From Candidatus Thorarchaeota archaeon (GTDB lineage: Archaea > Asgardarchaeota > Thorarchaeia > Thorarchaeales > Thorarchaeaceae): 64,000 nt of DNA. The position numbers were made by a program, and so were the translations under genes. This document shows positions 30,406 through 39,830 of the stretch, piece by piece; within the stretch, counting starts at the first letter, position 1; each line of letters opens with the position of its first letter. Under the pieces are notes generated by a model, which saw only the letters and a program-made list of their open reading frames with translations, was not told the DNA's origin and did not search any database. Where the stretch lies: assembly GCA_020348985.1 (NCBI GenBank), contig CP070761.1:760990-824989 (forward strand). Reading direction: 5' to 3'.

Positions 30406-30600
30406 GTGATGCGCATGATTTGGAAAGTCGACGATGACTTGTGTACCGCGTGTGGAACCTGTGCAGATGTCTGTCCTGTTGACCCAACACTCTACGTCGT
30501 GAATGACACAGCAGTGTACCAGGTCGACCGCGAAGATGAGTGCACCGAGTGCTGGGCATGCCATGATAGCTGCCCCGAAGGTGCAATCTCAGAAGGCTAG
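30406..30600 (+). CDS. 2[4Fe-4S] ferredoxin
   Basis: Two CxxCxxCxxxCP motifs. Confidence 0.93.
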   Translation: MMRMIWKVDDDLCTACGTCADVCPVDPTLYVVNDTAVYQVDREDECTECWACHDSCPEGAISEG

Positions 30601-30630
30601 TTACAGACTATTGGCACAAGAAATCAGAAC

Positions 30631-30669
30631 TGACAGGAACGTCAGCCCAGGTGGTTGACGTGACTGTCA
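30631..30669. terminator. Stem-loop between convergent genes
   Basis: tgacag-gaa-cgtcagcc-caggt-ggttgacg-tga-ctgtca. Confidence 0.55.
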
Positions 30670-30708
30670 CTCAACTTCGCTTATCGTTTTCTTCTTATTC
30701 TCGACGAG

Positions 30709-30993
30709 CTAGTCTATCACTTTGTAAGGCTCACCAAGAACTGAATCGAAATAGGCTCGTAGAGTATCATCGTGAAGTATAACCCGGACGTGAGCTAATT
30801 CGTCTCTATTTGGATCGAATGTTCCCCTAACCAACTCGATTCTGGATTCATCGTCAAGAGCAAGTGTGGTTCTTTCTTCGTCCACCTCTTCGTTCATTCC
30901 GAATTTGTCTCGAATGGCTTCTAAGCATTCACGGTAGTTCTCAGGATTGATCTTGTAGTATAATTTCACGAATGAATCACCACTGCTTTCCAT
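30709..30993 (-). CDS. Hypothetical protein
   Basis: 94-aa ORF with protein-like composition. Confidence 0.7.
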   Translation of the reverse strand: MESSGDSFVKLYYKINPENYRECLEAIRDKFGMNEEVDEERTTLALDDESRIELVRGTFDPNRDELAHVRVILHDDTLRAYFDSVLGEPYKVID

Positions 30994-31061
30994 GGTCCTT
31001 TAGAAAGTTATTAATCGAGTGGAGGGGACCTCTCGTCTATCTCACAGCTGAGGAGGAGACA

Positions 31062-32747
31062 ATGAATAGGAACCACCACAAGGCAGCAGCTCTTGTCTTT
31101 GCGGCGCTCATGGTGTCAGGGATTGGTACGCTCTTGATGACCGCAGAAGCAACGGCTGGATCATATGAATTCGACTTCTCTCCGCTAGACTTCACGTGGC
31201 AGACTTTCGACAGAAACATGAATGTCACTACATTCGTTTCACCAGATGGGAGCCGGGAAGCCCTATGGCACATTCTGAATAGTGCGCAGGAGAGCATCTA
31301 TGTTGAGATATTCGGAATCAACAACCCCTACATACTTGACTTGATTCATGAGCTCCACACAACTAAGCCGGCTCTGGACTTCAAGTTTCTCTTAGGATAC
31401 AATAGCATTGGCTACTATATCCCCAACGACCATGTTGCCTACAATCTCACACAACTGGGAATTCCCGTCAGATGGACTAACTCTGACGACTTCACTTATG
31501 CACATCAGAAGTTTGTAATAGTTGACAACAAGACAACAGTGGTTCATTCAGGAAATTGGGCAAAGACGAGCTTTCCACAGGATGGCGACAAGGCAAATCG
31601 TGAATGGAGCATTGCCATGACTGACACAGAGGTAACCAACTACTACAGAGACGTATTCGACTATGATTGGAGCCGCGGTACTGACTATGATGAAGTGTCC
31701 GATGGCATAGGTTCGCCGCTGACTCGCACCGGCACTAGCAGCACATATCCTAACCCCTTCGCAACTCCCGGGCAATTTAGCGGTCAAATGGCTGTGACAC
31801 CTATCTTCAGTCCGGATACTAGTCTGCAAGGCATTCTCTACTGCATCAACAGTGCACAAGCAACACTTGACATCCAGATTCCATACTTCACCAGCGTGGG
31901 AGATGGTGGTGCTGTCGATCAAGTCATTGCTGCGATTCTCGCAGCGAAGGGACGAGGCGTGACGGTCCGTGTAATATCAGAGGAAGAGTATGATTTCGAA
32001 ATAGTTGCAGACCTATTCCATCAACATGACATCCCCATTGCTTGGCAGGACACAAGATGGTTCACTGCCAACCATAACAAGGCCATCATAGTCGATGGTA
32101 TGATCGTTCTGATCAGCAGTATCAACTACAGTGATGGTAGCATTTCTGAGAATAGAGAAGCAGGAGTCATAATAGAAAACCAGAATGTAGCACAATGGTA
32201 CCAAGATGTATTCGATTTTGACTGGGAGATTGCTGATAGCGAAGCAATGGACGAAGTCAATGTTTACTGGGCCCCCAACATACCTACCAGCAGCTCACCG
32301 ATCACTGTTACAGTCTACGCTCATGACCTGTATCCAGATGTGGATGAAGTACAGCTTGATGTCAAGATAGGTGATGGCGCTTGGTCAAACAACACAATTA
32401 CATCGAATGTTGTGGAATCTCTTGAAGGAGATCTTGAGAACTACTTCTACGAGATATCCGCACAGGCTGATGGGACAAACATCACTGTTGTGGGACGCAT
32501 TCGAGTGAGTGCTACATGGCACATTGGAGTTCCAATGGTGATACGAGTGCGGAATTCTATTGCACCTTTGACCACTACTACTACACCGCCGCCTGACTTC
32601 ATGGCCACTTATGGACCTTTGATGATTGCGGCCATAATCGCAGTTCTTTGCGGCGGCGGGGGCTATGCGGCCCGCAGAAGAGGATATCTAGGTGGTCGCA
32701 CTAGGTCTTCAGGCAGAAAACGGAAATCTAAGAAGAAACGCTCCTGA
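31062..32747 (+). CDS. Secreted, membrane-anchored phospholipase D superfamily protein
   Basis: Two intact HKD motifs (HQKFVIVD, HNKAIIVD); signal peptide; C-terminal TM plus polybasic tail; GAGGAG RBS. Confidence 0.9.
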   Translation: MNRNHHKAAALVFAALMVSGIGTLLMTAEATAGSYEFDFSPLDFTWQTFDRNMNVTTFVSPDGSREALWHILNSAQESIYVEIFGINNPYILDLIHELHTTKPALDFKFLLGYNSIGYYIPNDHVAYNLTQLGIPVRWTNSDDFTYAHQKFVIVDNKTTVVHSGNWAKTSFPQDGDKANREWSIAMTDTEVTNYYRDVFDYDWSRGTDYDEVSDGIGSPLTRTGTSSTYPNPFATPGQFSGQMAVTPIFSPDTSLQGILYCINSAQATLDIQIPYFTSVGDGGAVDQVIAAILAAKGRGVTVRVISEEEYDFEIVADLFHQHDIPIAWQDTRWFTANHNKAIIVDGMIVLISSINYSDGSISENREAGVIIENQNVAQWYQDVFDFDWEIADSEAMDEVNVYWAPNIPTSSSPITVTVYAHDLYPDVDEVQLDVKIGDGAWSNNTITSNVVESLEGDLENYFYEISAQADGTNITVVGRIRVSATWHIGVPMVIRVRNSIAPLTTTTTPPPDFMATYGPLMIAAIIAVLCGGGGYAARRRGYLGGRTRSSGRKRKSKKKRS

Positions 32748-32819
32748 AGGTATGAAATCATCCAAGGCAGCCTCTTTGAGGCAATGCCTTGGCTCTTTTG
32801 CTTTCGCAGCTCTCTACAC

Positions 32820-33410
32820 TCAAGAGTTCTCAGCCATCTCAGCAAACTTCAGACAGTACTCTGCCTCGTCCCCCTCTCCTCTCTTCTCATGGAGGCCGCC
32901 AGCAATTCTGTATGCTCTGGAAACCTCCGGCCATCTCTCCTTGGCATCAAGACAGAGCGCAAGGGCCTTCCAGATTTCGGGGTCTTCGGACTCGAACTTT
33001 AGAGCTTCGTAGTATGCCTCTATTGCCTCATCTATCTTGAGCAGGCTCTCCAATGCCCTCGCCTTCTTCACCAAGAGGATTGCACTATCCTTGGCTTCTT
33101 TCAGTCCAGTCTGAGCAGTCCGAAGTGCATCATCGAAGGACCCGGTAGTCAAGTAAGCTTCTGCCTTGTTGGAATGTCCTGTTGGATCCTTTGGATCAAT
33201 GGCAATTGCGCGGTCAAATGCCTCTATCGCCTCTATCTGGTCACCAACGTGAATCTGAACCAAACCGAGTTCGTTCAGTGCCTGAATTGATTCTGCATTG
33301 GCCTCCAGTGCTCTCTTATAGACCTCGATTGCCTTCTTGTTCAAGCCTCTTTGCCTGAGAGACCTTGCTTCCGCCAGAAGGGATTCGAAAGGCTGACCGT
33401 CGGTTGCCAT
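32820..33410 (-). CDS. TPR repeat protein
   Basis: Repeated A...Y..AL...P 34-aa pattern. Confidence 0.85.
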   Translation of the reverse strand: MATDGQPFESLLAEARSLRQRGLNKKAIEVYKRALEANAESIQALNELGLVQIHVGDQIEAIEAFDRAIAIDPKDPTGHSNKAEAYLTTGSFDDALRTAQTGLKEAKDSAILLVKKARALESLLKIDEAIEAYYEALKFESEDPEIWKALALCLDAKERWPEVSRAYRIAGGLHEKRGEGDEAEYCLKFAEMAENS

Positions 33411-33536
33411 GGTGAGTGCAGCTATCAGTTTTCTATTAATCGTTGTCCTGTCATACTGCTCTGTCAACGCGAAAGACAACAACTGTTTTAACTGGGACAC
33501 AGAGTCCACTTTCCATTCCTATCTGAGGTCAGATTC

Positions 33537-34082
33537 ATGATACATGAGGAAGAGGACTACGAAGACGAATTCGAAGAGTACGAGGAATCTGATGAGGACT
33601 ACTTTGAAGAAGACGATGATGAGGAATCCGAAACCGATACTCGCACGTACGATGAGGGACCTCGGATTTCACGAATGGACCGATTCGCTGAAGATCCATG
33701 GCCTCCTCTAACGTTCATTCTGACATTGATAGGTCTAGCAATCGTCTTGTTTACTCCTCCACCTATCTGGGCCGCTGCAAATTACCTGATTTTCGGGACC
33801 TACGTTCTCGTCATTGTGACTGGCGTGGCAACTTCCATGGGGATAACAGCATGGAAAGAAGAGACCGAGTCACGCATGAGGCTTGCAGCGCCGATAGTTC
33901 TGGTCATCACGTTTGCATGCCTCATTGTTGGAGTCCTTGACTCATTGCTCTGGATTCTGAACGGTGTTGGATTGGTTGCAGAATGGGGAAGTCCAGTCGT
34001 AACTTTCTGTATCACAATAGCCCTGTTTGGTGTCTACAGCCTTTATTTCATTAGAAGAACAGTCAGAGGCGAAAGCCGCTAA
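33537..34082 (+). CDS. 4-TM membrane protein with highly acidic N-terminus
   Basis: E/D-rich first ~35 aa, then hydrophobic helices. Confidence 0.75.
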   Translation: MIHEEEDYEDEFEEYEESDEDYFEEDDDEESETDTRTYDEGPRISRMDRFAEDPWPPLTFILTLIGLAIVLFTPPPIWAAANYLIFGTYVLVIVTGVATSMGITAWKEETESRMRLAAPIVLVITFACLIVGVLDSLLWILNGVGLVAEWGSPVVTFCITIALFGVYSLYFIRRTVRGESR

Positions 34083-34088
34083 CAGAGA

Positions 34089-34469
34089 GTGTCCTTGATG
34101 AGTTACCCCGACTATTCACTACGTGAATTGATCGGCTTTATCAAGGCGTTTGTGGATGAACGTAATTGGCACAGATTTCACACGCCTTCTGCACTTGCCC
34201 TGTCAGCTGCAATTGAGCTGGGGGAGCTCCTGGAGTTGTTTCAGTGGCGGTCGGAAGAAGACGTGGTTGATGCTCTTGCAGACAACAAGTTCAAAGAGTC
34301 ACTCTCTCAGGAGATTGCTGACGTTCTGATCTATCTATTGAGACTGACTGACGTGGCAGGCATCGATCCTTCGGCGGCAATTATCGAGAAGCTGAAGAAG
34401 AACGCATTGAAGTATCCGTCAAAGGAATGGAGAGGAAGGGCACCAAACAAGACTAGGACGGATCGATAA
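34089..34469 (+). CDS. MazG-like nucleotide pyrophosphohydrolase (dCTPase type)
   Basis: ERNWHRFHTP...ELGELLELFQW...EIADVLIYL...KNALKYP. Confidence 0.92.
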   Translation: MSLMSYPDYSLRELIGFIKAFVDERNWHRFHTPSALALSAAIELGELLELFQWRSEEDVVDALADNKFKESLSQEIADVLIYLLRLTDVAGIDPSAAIIEKLKKNALKYPSKEWRGRAPNKTRTDR

Positions 34470-35253
34470 GCCTTCCATACATTTCGGGTTTCCTGTCCTT
34501 CAGGACATGGTTTCTCTTGGTTATCATTTTGTCATCAGCCAATGAGAGGTCTATGTCGACCCAGTCGATTGATGTTCCAGAAGAATTAGCTCTGACTAGC
34601 ACCTCGCCTTTTGGACTTGTGACTTGGGATTTTCCTGAGAACTGTATGCCACGTTCCAATCCTACCCTATTAGAGGTGAGTGTGAATACACGATTCTCGA
34701 TAGACCGTGTTATCATGGCTTCCTGACAGTACGGAAGGACTAGATTTGCAGGATGCAGAATGATCTGTGCGCCGTCGATTGCGAGAATCCTCGCCATTTC
34801 CGGGAAGATCCAATCAAAGCAAACCATTAGCCCGAACCTTGCGTCTCGGTAATCAAAGACTGGAGGTTTGCTATCACCCGCTTCAAACCAATGATTCTCG
34901 CGATCAAACAGATGCACTTTGCGGTAGGTGATGGCATGCTCTCCATCACAGAACGCCGCGGCTGAATTTGAAAACACATGTCCAAATCTTTCACATATTC
35001 CTGAAACAATCATCATGCCAGATGATGATCCCCTTTGGAGAATTCGACTGAAGGGTCCATCAGGGATCACTTCGCTCATCGCCTCGACTTCATCCCCGGA
35101 TTCAAAGACATATCCAGAGTTCGCAAGCTCTGGCAAGACTAAAATGTCAACGTTTGATTCTCTCGCAGAAGCAATTGCTTCCTCAGCTCCGGCAAGATTG
35201 GTCTCAGCTTCCATTATCTTTGGCTCAAGTTGGGCAAAGCCGACTCTTAGCAT
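34453..35253 (-). CDS. Nitrilase / carbon-nitrogen hydrolase
   Basis: Catalytic E-K-C triad: LPEL, YRKVHL, VCFDW. Confidence 0.92.
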   Translation of the reverse strand: MLRVGFAQLEPKIMEAETNLAGAEEAIASARESNVDILVLPELANSGYVFESGDEVEAMSEVIPDGPFSRILQRGSSSGMMIVSGICERFGHVFSNSAAAFCDGEHAITYRKVHLFDRENHWFEAGDSKPPVFDYRDARFGLMVCFDWIFPEMARILAIDGAQIILHPANLVLPYCQEAMITRSIENRVFTLTSNRVGLERGIQFSGKSQVTSPKGEVLVRANSSGTSIDWVDIDLSLADDKMITKRNHVLKDRKPEMYGRLIDPS

Positions 35254-35370
35254 TCTTCACAGCTCGTCTCACGATAGGCGGTATGTCCTATCTGTCCTTC
35301 GGTGGAGGGCGAAGACGAAGGTAGTTAGAAAGTGTTATTGCTTGAATTGATGTAGGGGGTCCTGGCCACG

Positions 35371-35487
35371 ATGAGCAAAGAGAAGTCCCCTCGCTCAGAT
35401 GAAGATGAAGAAGTCTGGAAGGATGATGTTGACTGGGAAGAGGAGGACTGGGGAGACGATTGGGACGAATCCGACGATGATTGGTAG
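35371..35487 (+). CDS. 38-aa acidic Trp-rich microprotein (not in ORF track)
   Basis: MSKEKSPRSDEDEEVWKDDVDWEEEDWGDDWDESDDDW*; fills the intergenic gap; AGGGGGT upstream. Confidence 0.7.
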   Translation: MSKEKSPRSDEDEEVWKDDVDWEEEDWGDDWDESDDDW

Positions 35488-35494
35488 CCTATGT

Positions 35495-36355
35495 TCAGAA
35501 TAGGCCTCCCTTCATTGCGGCCTGACAATCACAGCTTGGTTTCTTGGGAATGTTATCAATCATCTCAAAAGTGAGCTTCCTGACACGTTCAATGTTCTTT
35601 GCCATGGTCGCCAAGACTGCTTCATGTGTCACGTGCTCTTCTCCATGCACATCATAGTCTGTGGGCATAGAGATGTTTACGAAGCATATTCCTGCCTCCC
35701 TTGCGAGCGCCGCTTCGGGATAGGCAGTCATTCCAATCACATCGAATCCTTGCTTGTGATAGAACATCGACTCTGCTCGTGTTGAAAACCTTGGCCCGTT
35801 GATGCATACGTAAGTTCCCGTATTATGGACCTTGTAGTTCAGCTGTGCCGCAGTATCAATGGCAACTTCCCTGAGTTGGGTACAAAATGGCTCCGCAAAA
35901 GGAAGATGCGCGATTGGCCCACCTTCGAAGAAGGTGTCCTTTCTGGTCCCGAAGGTTCTGTCAAAGATCTGGTCTCCTATTACGAATTCACCGAGTTTGA
36001 TGGTGTCTGGCTGAAGACTTCCGCAGGCTGCCGGGCTTATGATCCGTGTAACGCCAAGAGCTTTCATCCCCCAAATATTGGCCCTATAATTGATTGCGTG
36101 AGGCGGAATCGTGTGACCTCTCGCATGTCTGGCCAAAAACACAAAACTTCGGCCCTTCACTTCTCCCACAATGAAATTGTCCGAGGCGGCTCCAAAGGGA
36201 GTGAAAATCTTGATCTCTGCAGGATTCTCGATAACATCAGAGTCGTAGTTTCCGCTGCCGCCGAAGAGTCCGATCTCAATTGGGAGCAGGTTCTCTATCG
36301 CTTCTTTCTGTTCTCTGTCAATGGGTACAAAATCCAGTTTTGCCTCAAAAGCCAT
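35495..36355 (-). CDS. mtnP: S-methyl-5'-thioadenosine phosphorylase family
   Basis: GGSG, RH..GH.IPPH.INYRAN, GPRFSTRAES, GMT..PE..LARE, TDYD. Confidence 0.9.
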   Translation of the reverse strand: MAFEAKLDFVPIDREQKEAIENLLPIEIGLFGGSGNYDSDVIENPAEIKIFTPFGAASDNFIVGEVKGRSFVFLARHARGHTIPPHAINYRANIWGMKALGVTRIISPAACGSLQPDTIKLGEFVIGDQIFDRTFGTRKDTFFEGGPIAHLPFAEPFCTQLREVAIDTAAQLNYKVHNTGTYVCINGPRFSTRAESMFYHKQGFDVIGMTAYPEAALAREAGICFVNISMPTDYDVHGEEHVTHEAVLATMAKNIERVRKLTFEMIDNIPKKPSCDCQAAMKGGLF

Positions 36356-36444
36356 TATCGTTCAACTCGTGTTGATTTCTAGGGCAATCAGGGACAAGCT
36401 CCCATTTATAGATGATGAACTAAATGTGGAGAGACCCGTGTGTC

Positions 36445-37119
36445 CTATTCTTTCAATCGCCATGCCTTGTCGAGAGGATACTCTATCTTTCCAAGAAATC
36501 CCATGTGTGATTTGATTTTTGATAGTCTCTCATCAGATAGCACAACGTTGTTGTATTCTCTAAGGTGCTTCTTCAGCTCCATCGTGCTCATTTCTGTAAT
36601 CTTCTCTCCTTCGAAGATCTTCATTATCAGAGCAGTAAGGTCTTCATAGAAGTTCCAAGGCCAAATCTCCCAGGCCCATGTAACTTCAACACCGAAGAAG
36701 TCAGGCTCGAATTCAGAACCAACAATGTGCATTAATGTAGCCGACCTGACTTCATCAGGACCACATTCCTTTACATGATCAACTGCAAGAGTCAAGCTCT
36801 GGCCTGTGTCCGTGATATCATCAACTACTAGCACTTTCTTCCCTGTAACGTCAACAGTAAGTGGACAAGTTAGCTTTGCCTTTCCATCTCTTGTGGCTGT
36901 GACTCCCCAGTGGTCAACCTTGACACTGTAGAGATCCTTCACACCAAGGAGGTCACATTGGATTCTGGCATGAACCCATCCGCCCCTGGCAATCCCAACA
37001 ATGACGTCAGGCCTCCAACCTGATTCCTTGATCTTTTTTGCAGTCTGAAAAGCATAGTTGTGTATATCATCGAAGTCGAGTACGTAACAGAGTGGACCTT
37101 TTAGTTGCATAGTTGTCAC
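36445..37119 (-). CDS. Type I (purine) phosphoribosyltransferase
   Basis: GIARGG, VLVVDDITDTGQS PRPP motif, W..WPW. Confidence 0.9.
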   Translation of the reverse strand: MTTMQLKGPLCYVLDFDDIHNYAFQTAKKIKESGWRPDVIVGIARGGWVHARIQCDLLGVKDLYSVKVDHWGVTATRDGKAKLTCPLTVDVTGKKVLVVDDITDTGQSLTLAVDHVKECGPDEVRSATLMHIVGSEFEPDFFGVEVTWAWEIWPWNFYEDLTALIMKIFEGEKITEMSTMELKKHLREYNNVVLSDERLSKIKSHMGFLGKIEYPLDKAWRLKE

Positions 37120-37180
37120 AACCAGAACTTCGCCTATTCAAGTCACATAAAAGTGTGTCTTCATTCTCGGTTTTTCCCTG

Positions 37181-38029
37181 CTACTCCACGGAAATACTCA
37201 GAGAGTCATATCTTCCAGGGGTGAACCTGAATCTCACTTCAAGCGTCGATCCATTTGAGACCTCCTTCTCTTCTCTTAATGGCAGGAAAAGAGGCCTCCA
37301 TCCGTCGTCCATCTTTAGAGTCAGGTCTTCACCAAGATCTGCCTCAAAGAGCCCTAGGAATCCGTGGACAGTTCCTTCATCCACGATTTCGAACACAAGA
37401 ACTTCATCAACATTTTGAGTGTCTTCTGAGGCGAAATCAAATCTGGTTAGGATTTGTGTATCCGACATGTCTCTGGTCTCATCGGGACCTGCAGTCTGAG
37501 GCAAGGTCGGGAATGTGATATCCTCAATATTGAAACGTTTTGCGAGTGCATCTGATTCGACAGGAACTACATACACTACAGCCGAGTAAGGTAGAATCAC
37601 TCCGTCCGGCTTTAGAATGTGTTTGACAGCGTGAGCGCATGCTGGCACTTGTTGTTCAATCAGCATCATTGATGATAACATCTCGCAGATTACTAAGTCT
37701 GCCCGCCTATCAGGAAAGTAGTCAGCATAATGGGCAACTTCGAAGTCAATCTTGTCTGATAATCCGTTTGCTTCAGCGGTCCTCCTTGCGTAGTCAATAC
37801 ATTCAGGATTTACGTCAATTGCAGAGACATGTTCTGCCCCCGCTCTTGCCGCCAGCATTGCAAGCACACCTGACCCAGTTCCCATATCAACCACGTATGA
37901 GTCCGTACTAATGACTGAGCTAATTGCTAGATCGAATTTCCCAATCCTCTCTCTGTGACTCAATAGACTGACAGCATGCAATATGTCGAATGGAGTTGCG
38001 TATTTTCCGCGCTTCATTGAAACTGCCAT
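37181..38029 (-). CDS. SAM-dependent methyltransferase, PRMT-like
   Basis: VVDMGTGSGVLAMLAARAGA, double-E loop ICEMLSSMMLIE, LKPDG..LP, C-terminal beta domain. Confidence 0.8.
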   Translation of the reverse strand: MAVSMKRGKYATPFDILHAVSLLSHRERIGKFDLAISSVISTDSYVVDMGTGSGVLAMLAARAGAEHVSAIDVNPECIDYARRTAEANGLSDKIDFEVAHYADYFPDRRADLVICEMLSSMMLIEQQVPACAHAVKHILKPDGVILPYSAVVYVVPVESDALAKRFNIEDITFPTLPQTAGPDETRDMSDTQILTRFDFASEDTQNVDEVLVFEIVDEGTVHGFLGLFEADLGEDLTLKMDDGWRPLFLPLREEKEVSNGSTLEVRFRFTPGRYDSLSISVE

Positions 38030-38118
38030 ATCGCGAGGTACTTATAATCCGTGCGAGAGCCGCAGCCAAGAACAACAACTTCGATAGCCTAACTCATTCC
38101 CTTCGAGGACGACAAGAT

Positions 38119-39276
38119 ATGACAAAGATACTCAAACGTGCAGCGGAAGCGATTCAAGAAGGACGCTTCGCCGAAATCCTTCCGTTGCTCGAGAGTGCGT
38201 CCAAGGCTGCGGACCCAGACCCTGAGGTGCTTGTCTATCTTGGCATTGTCTATGTTCAGCTTGAAGAACCCGCGAAGGCTGTTGAAGTGCTTCAGAAGGT
38301 ACAGGAGCAAGTCGAGGATTACTGTGTTGTTTCTCTCTTTCTGGGTAGAGCGCTTCACGGGCTTGGGAGGTTTGACGAAGCCGCCTTTGAATTGAAGAAA
38401 GCCCTCTCCATGGACCCCAGTCCCTTTGAGGGATGGACGGATTTGGGAGACCTGCTGATAACCATGAAAGAGTTCGGAGAAGCTGCCCAGACCCTGGAAA
38501 TGGCATTGAAACATTTTCCAGATGAGCCGGCCCTACGGAGTCTTTATGCCACAACGCTCCACAAACTGGGTGACTACCGAGGTGCGGCAAAAGAATGGGG
38601 CATTGTCTCCCAGCTGACGCCAGATTCAGTAATGGCGCTTTCGAATCATGCGTATCTTCTGCTGCTTCAGAGAAAAGTGTCAGAGGCCGAGCCGATCATT
38701 AGTCGTGCTGAGAAGATAGACCCCAAAGACTGCCGATTGAAGATACTTCATGCAGAAATCCTCATCCAGAGAGGAGAATATAAAGAAGCCGAGACCTTCC
38801 TGATGGACGCAGTTGAATCAGACGATTGTTATCCTCCTGCACTGGCGCGTCTTGCCGTCACATCTTTCAAGCAAGGAAACGATGCCTTATTCAGTAGGTA
38901 TCTTCAGAAGACAAAAGAGGCACTAGTTGAAGATCCTGACAAGTGGTGGGCGCTCTACTACATCTACAGATTGATTGGATGGACTGAGAGAATGACCGAT
39001 GTACTAATCGATGGCACAAAAGAAGACAGGGGATCAGCAGCGCCGTGGGTTACCATTGCATGTCATTATGAAAGCATGGGAATGCTGGAAGATGCAGAAC
39101 AAGCTTGGCAAGTTTCCTTCCGGATTCGACGATACGTTAAGCTCTACTGCAAACACTGTGGTGAAGACAGCCGAATTCCCTACGATGATGCGCATGGCTT
39201 CGATATTCATGTTCCGCTCACTTGTGAAAAATGTGAAAGCGACATTGCGATGCCCCAAGGTCTAGCCTCGATTTAG
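38119..39276 (+). CDS. TPR repeat protein with C-terminal zinc ribbon
   Basis: Multiple TPRs; CKHC...CEKC. Confidence 0.85.
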   Translation: MTKILKRAAEAIQEGRFAEILPLLESASKAADPDPEVLVYLGIVYVQLEEPAKAVEVLQKVQEQVEDYCVVSLFLGRALHGLGRFDEAAFELKKALSMDPSPFEGWTDLGDLLITMKEFGEAAQTLEMALKHFPDEPALRSLYATTLHKLGDYRGAAKEWGIVSQLTPDSVMALSNHAYLLLLQRKVSEAEPIISRAEKIDPKDCRLKILHAEILIQRGEYKEAETFLMDAVESDDCYPPALARLAVTSFKQGNDALFSRYLQKTKEALVEDPDKWWALYYIYRLIGWTERMTDVLIDGTKEDRGSAAPWVTIACHYESMGMLEDAEQAWQVSFRIRRYVKLYCKHCGEDSRIPYDDAHGFDIHVPLTCEKCESDIAMPQGLASI

Positions 39277-39295
39277 TGTGTCAGGTTGAGTCCCC

Positions 39296-39739
39296 ATGAA
39301 GGATAGAAGCTATCCGTCGTTTCCTATACCTGGAGTTGGGGCAATAGTTGTAGGGTCCAAAGGGATTCTTCTTGTCAGACGCGATAAGGAACCCGCAAGA
39401 GGACTTTGGAGCATCCCTGGTGGGGCCGTAGAAGTTGGTGAAGGTCAAGAAGAAGCTGTGTACAGAGAAGTCTACGAGGAGACCGGTGTCAGAGTTGAAG
39501 TGTTGGGACTTGTCGATACATTCGATGTTATCCTTCAAGATGAGGCCGGGGAAACCGAGTTTCACTACCTATTGAATCACTATCTCTGCGAGGCACATAC
39601 AGAGGAGACAACGCCTGAGAGTCCAGAGGCAGAGGTTGGATGGTTCCACCCAGATTCAATGCCTGTGGATGAAATGCCACCGCCTGTCATCGATTTGCTT
39701 GCAAAGCTGAAAGAACGCATCTCTGAACTCATGGAATAG
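39296..39739 (+). CDS. NUDIX hydrolase
   Basis: PGGAVEVGE...AVYREVYEETG Nudix box. Confidence 0.93.
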   Translation: MKDRSYPSFPIPGVGAIVVGSKGILLVRRDKEPARGLWSIPGGAVEVGEGQEEAVYREVYEETGVRVEVLGLVDTFDVILQDEAGETEFHYLLNHYLCEAHTEETTPESPEAEVGWFHPDSMPVDEMPPPVIDLLAKLKERISELME

Positions 39740-39830
39740 CCAGTTTCTGGATTGCAAAGTTGTGCAACGAATGGTTCCAAGAAGTATAAAAGAGATGATA
39801 GCTCTGGGCCATTGAAACATTCAGTTTGGA

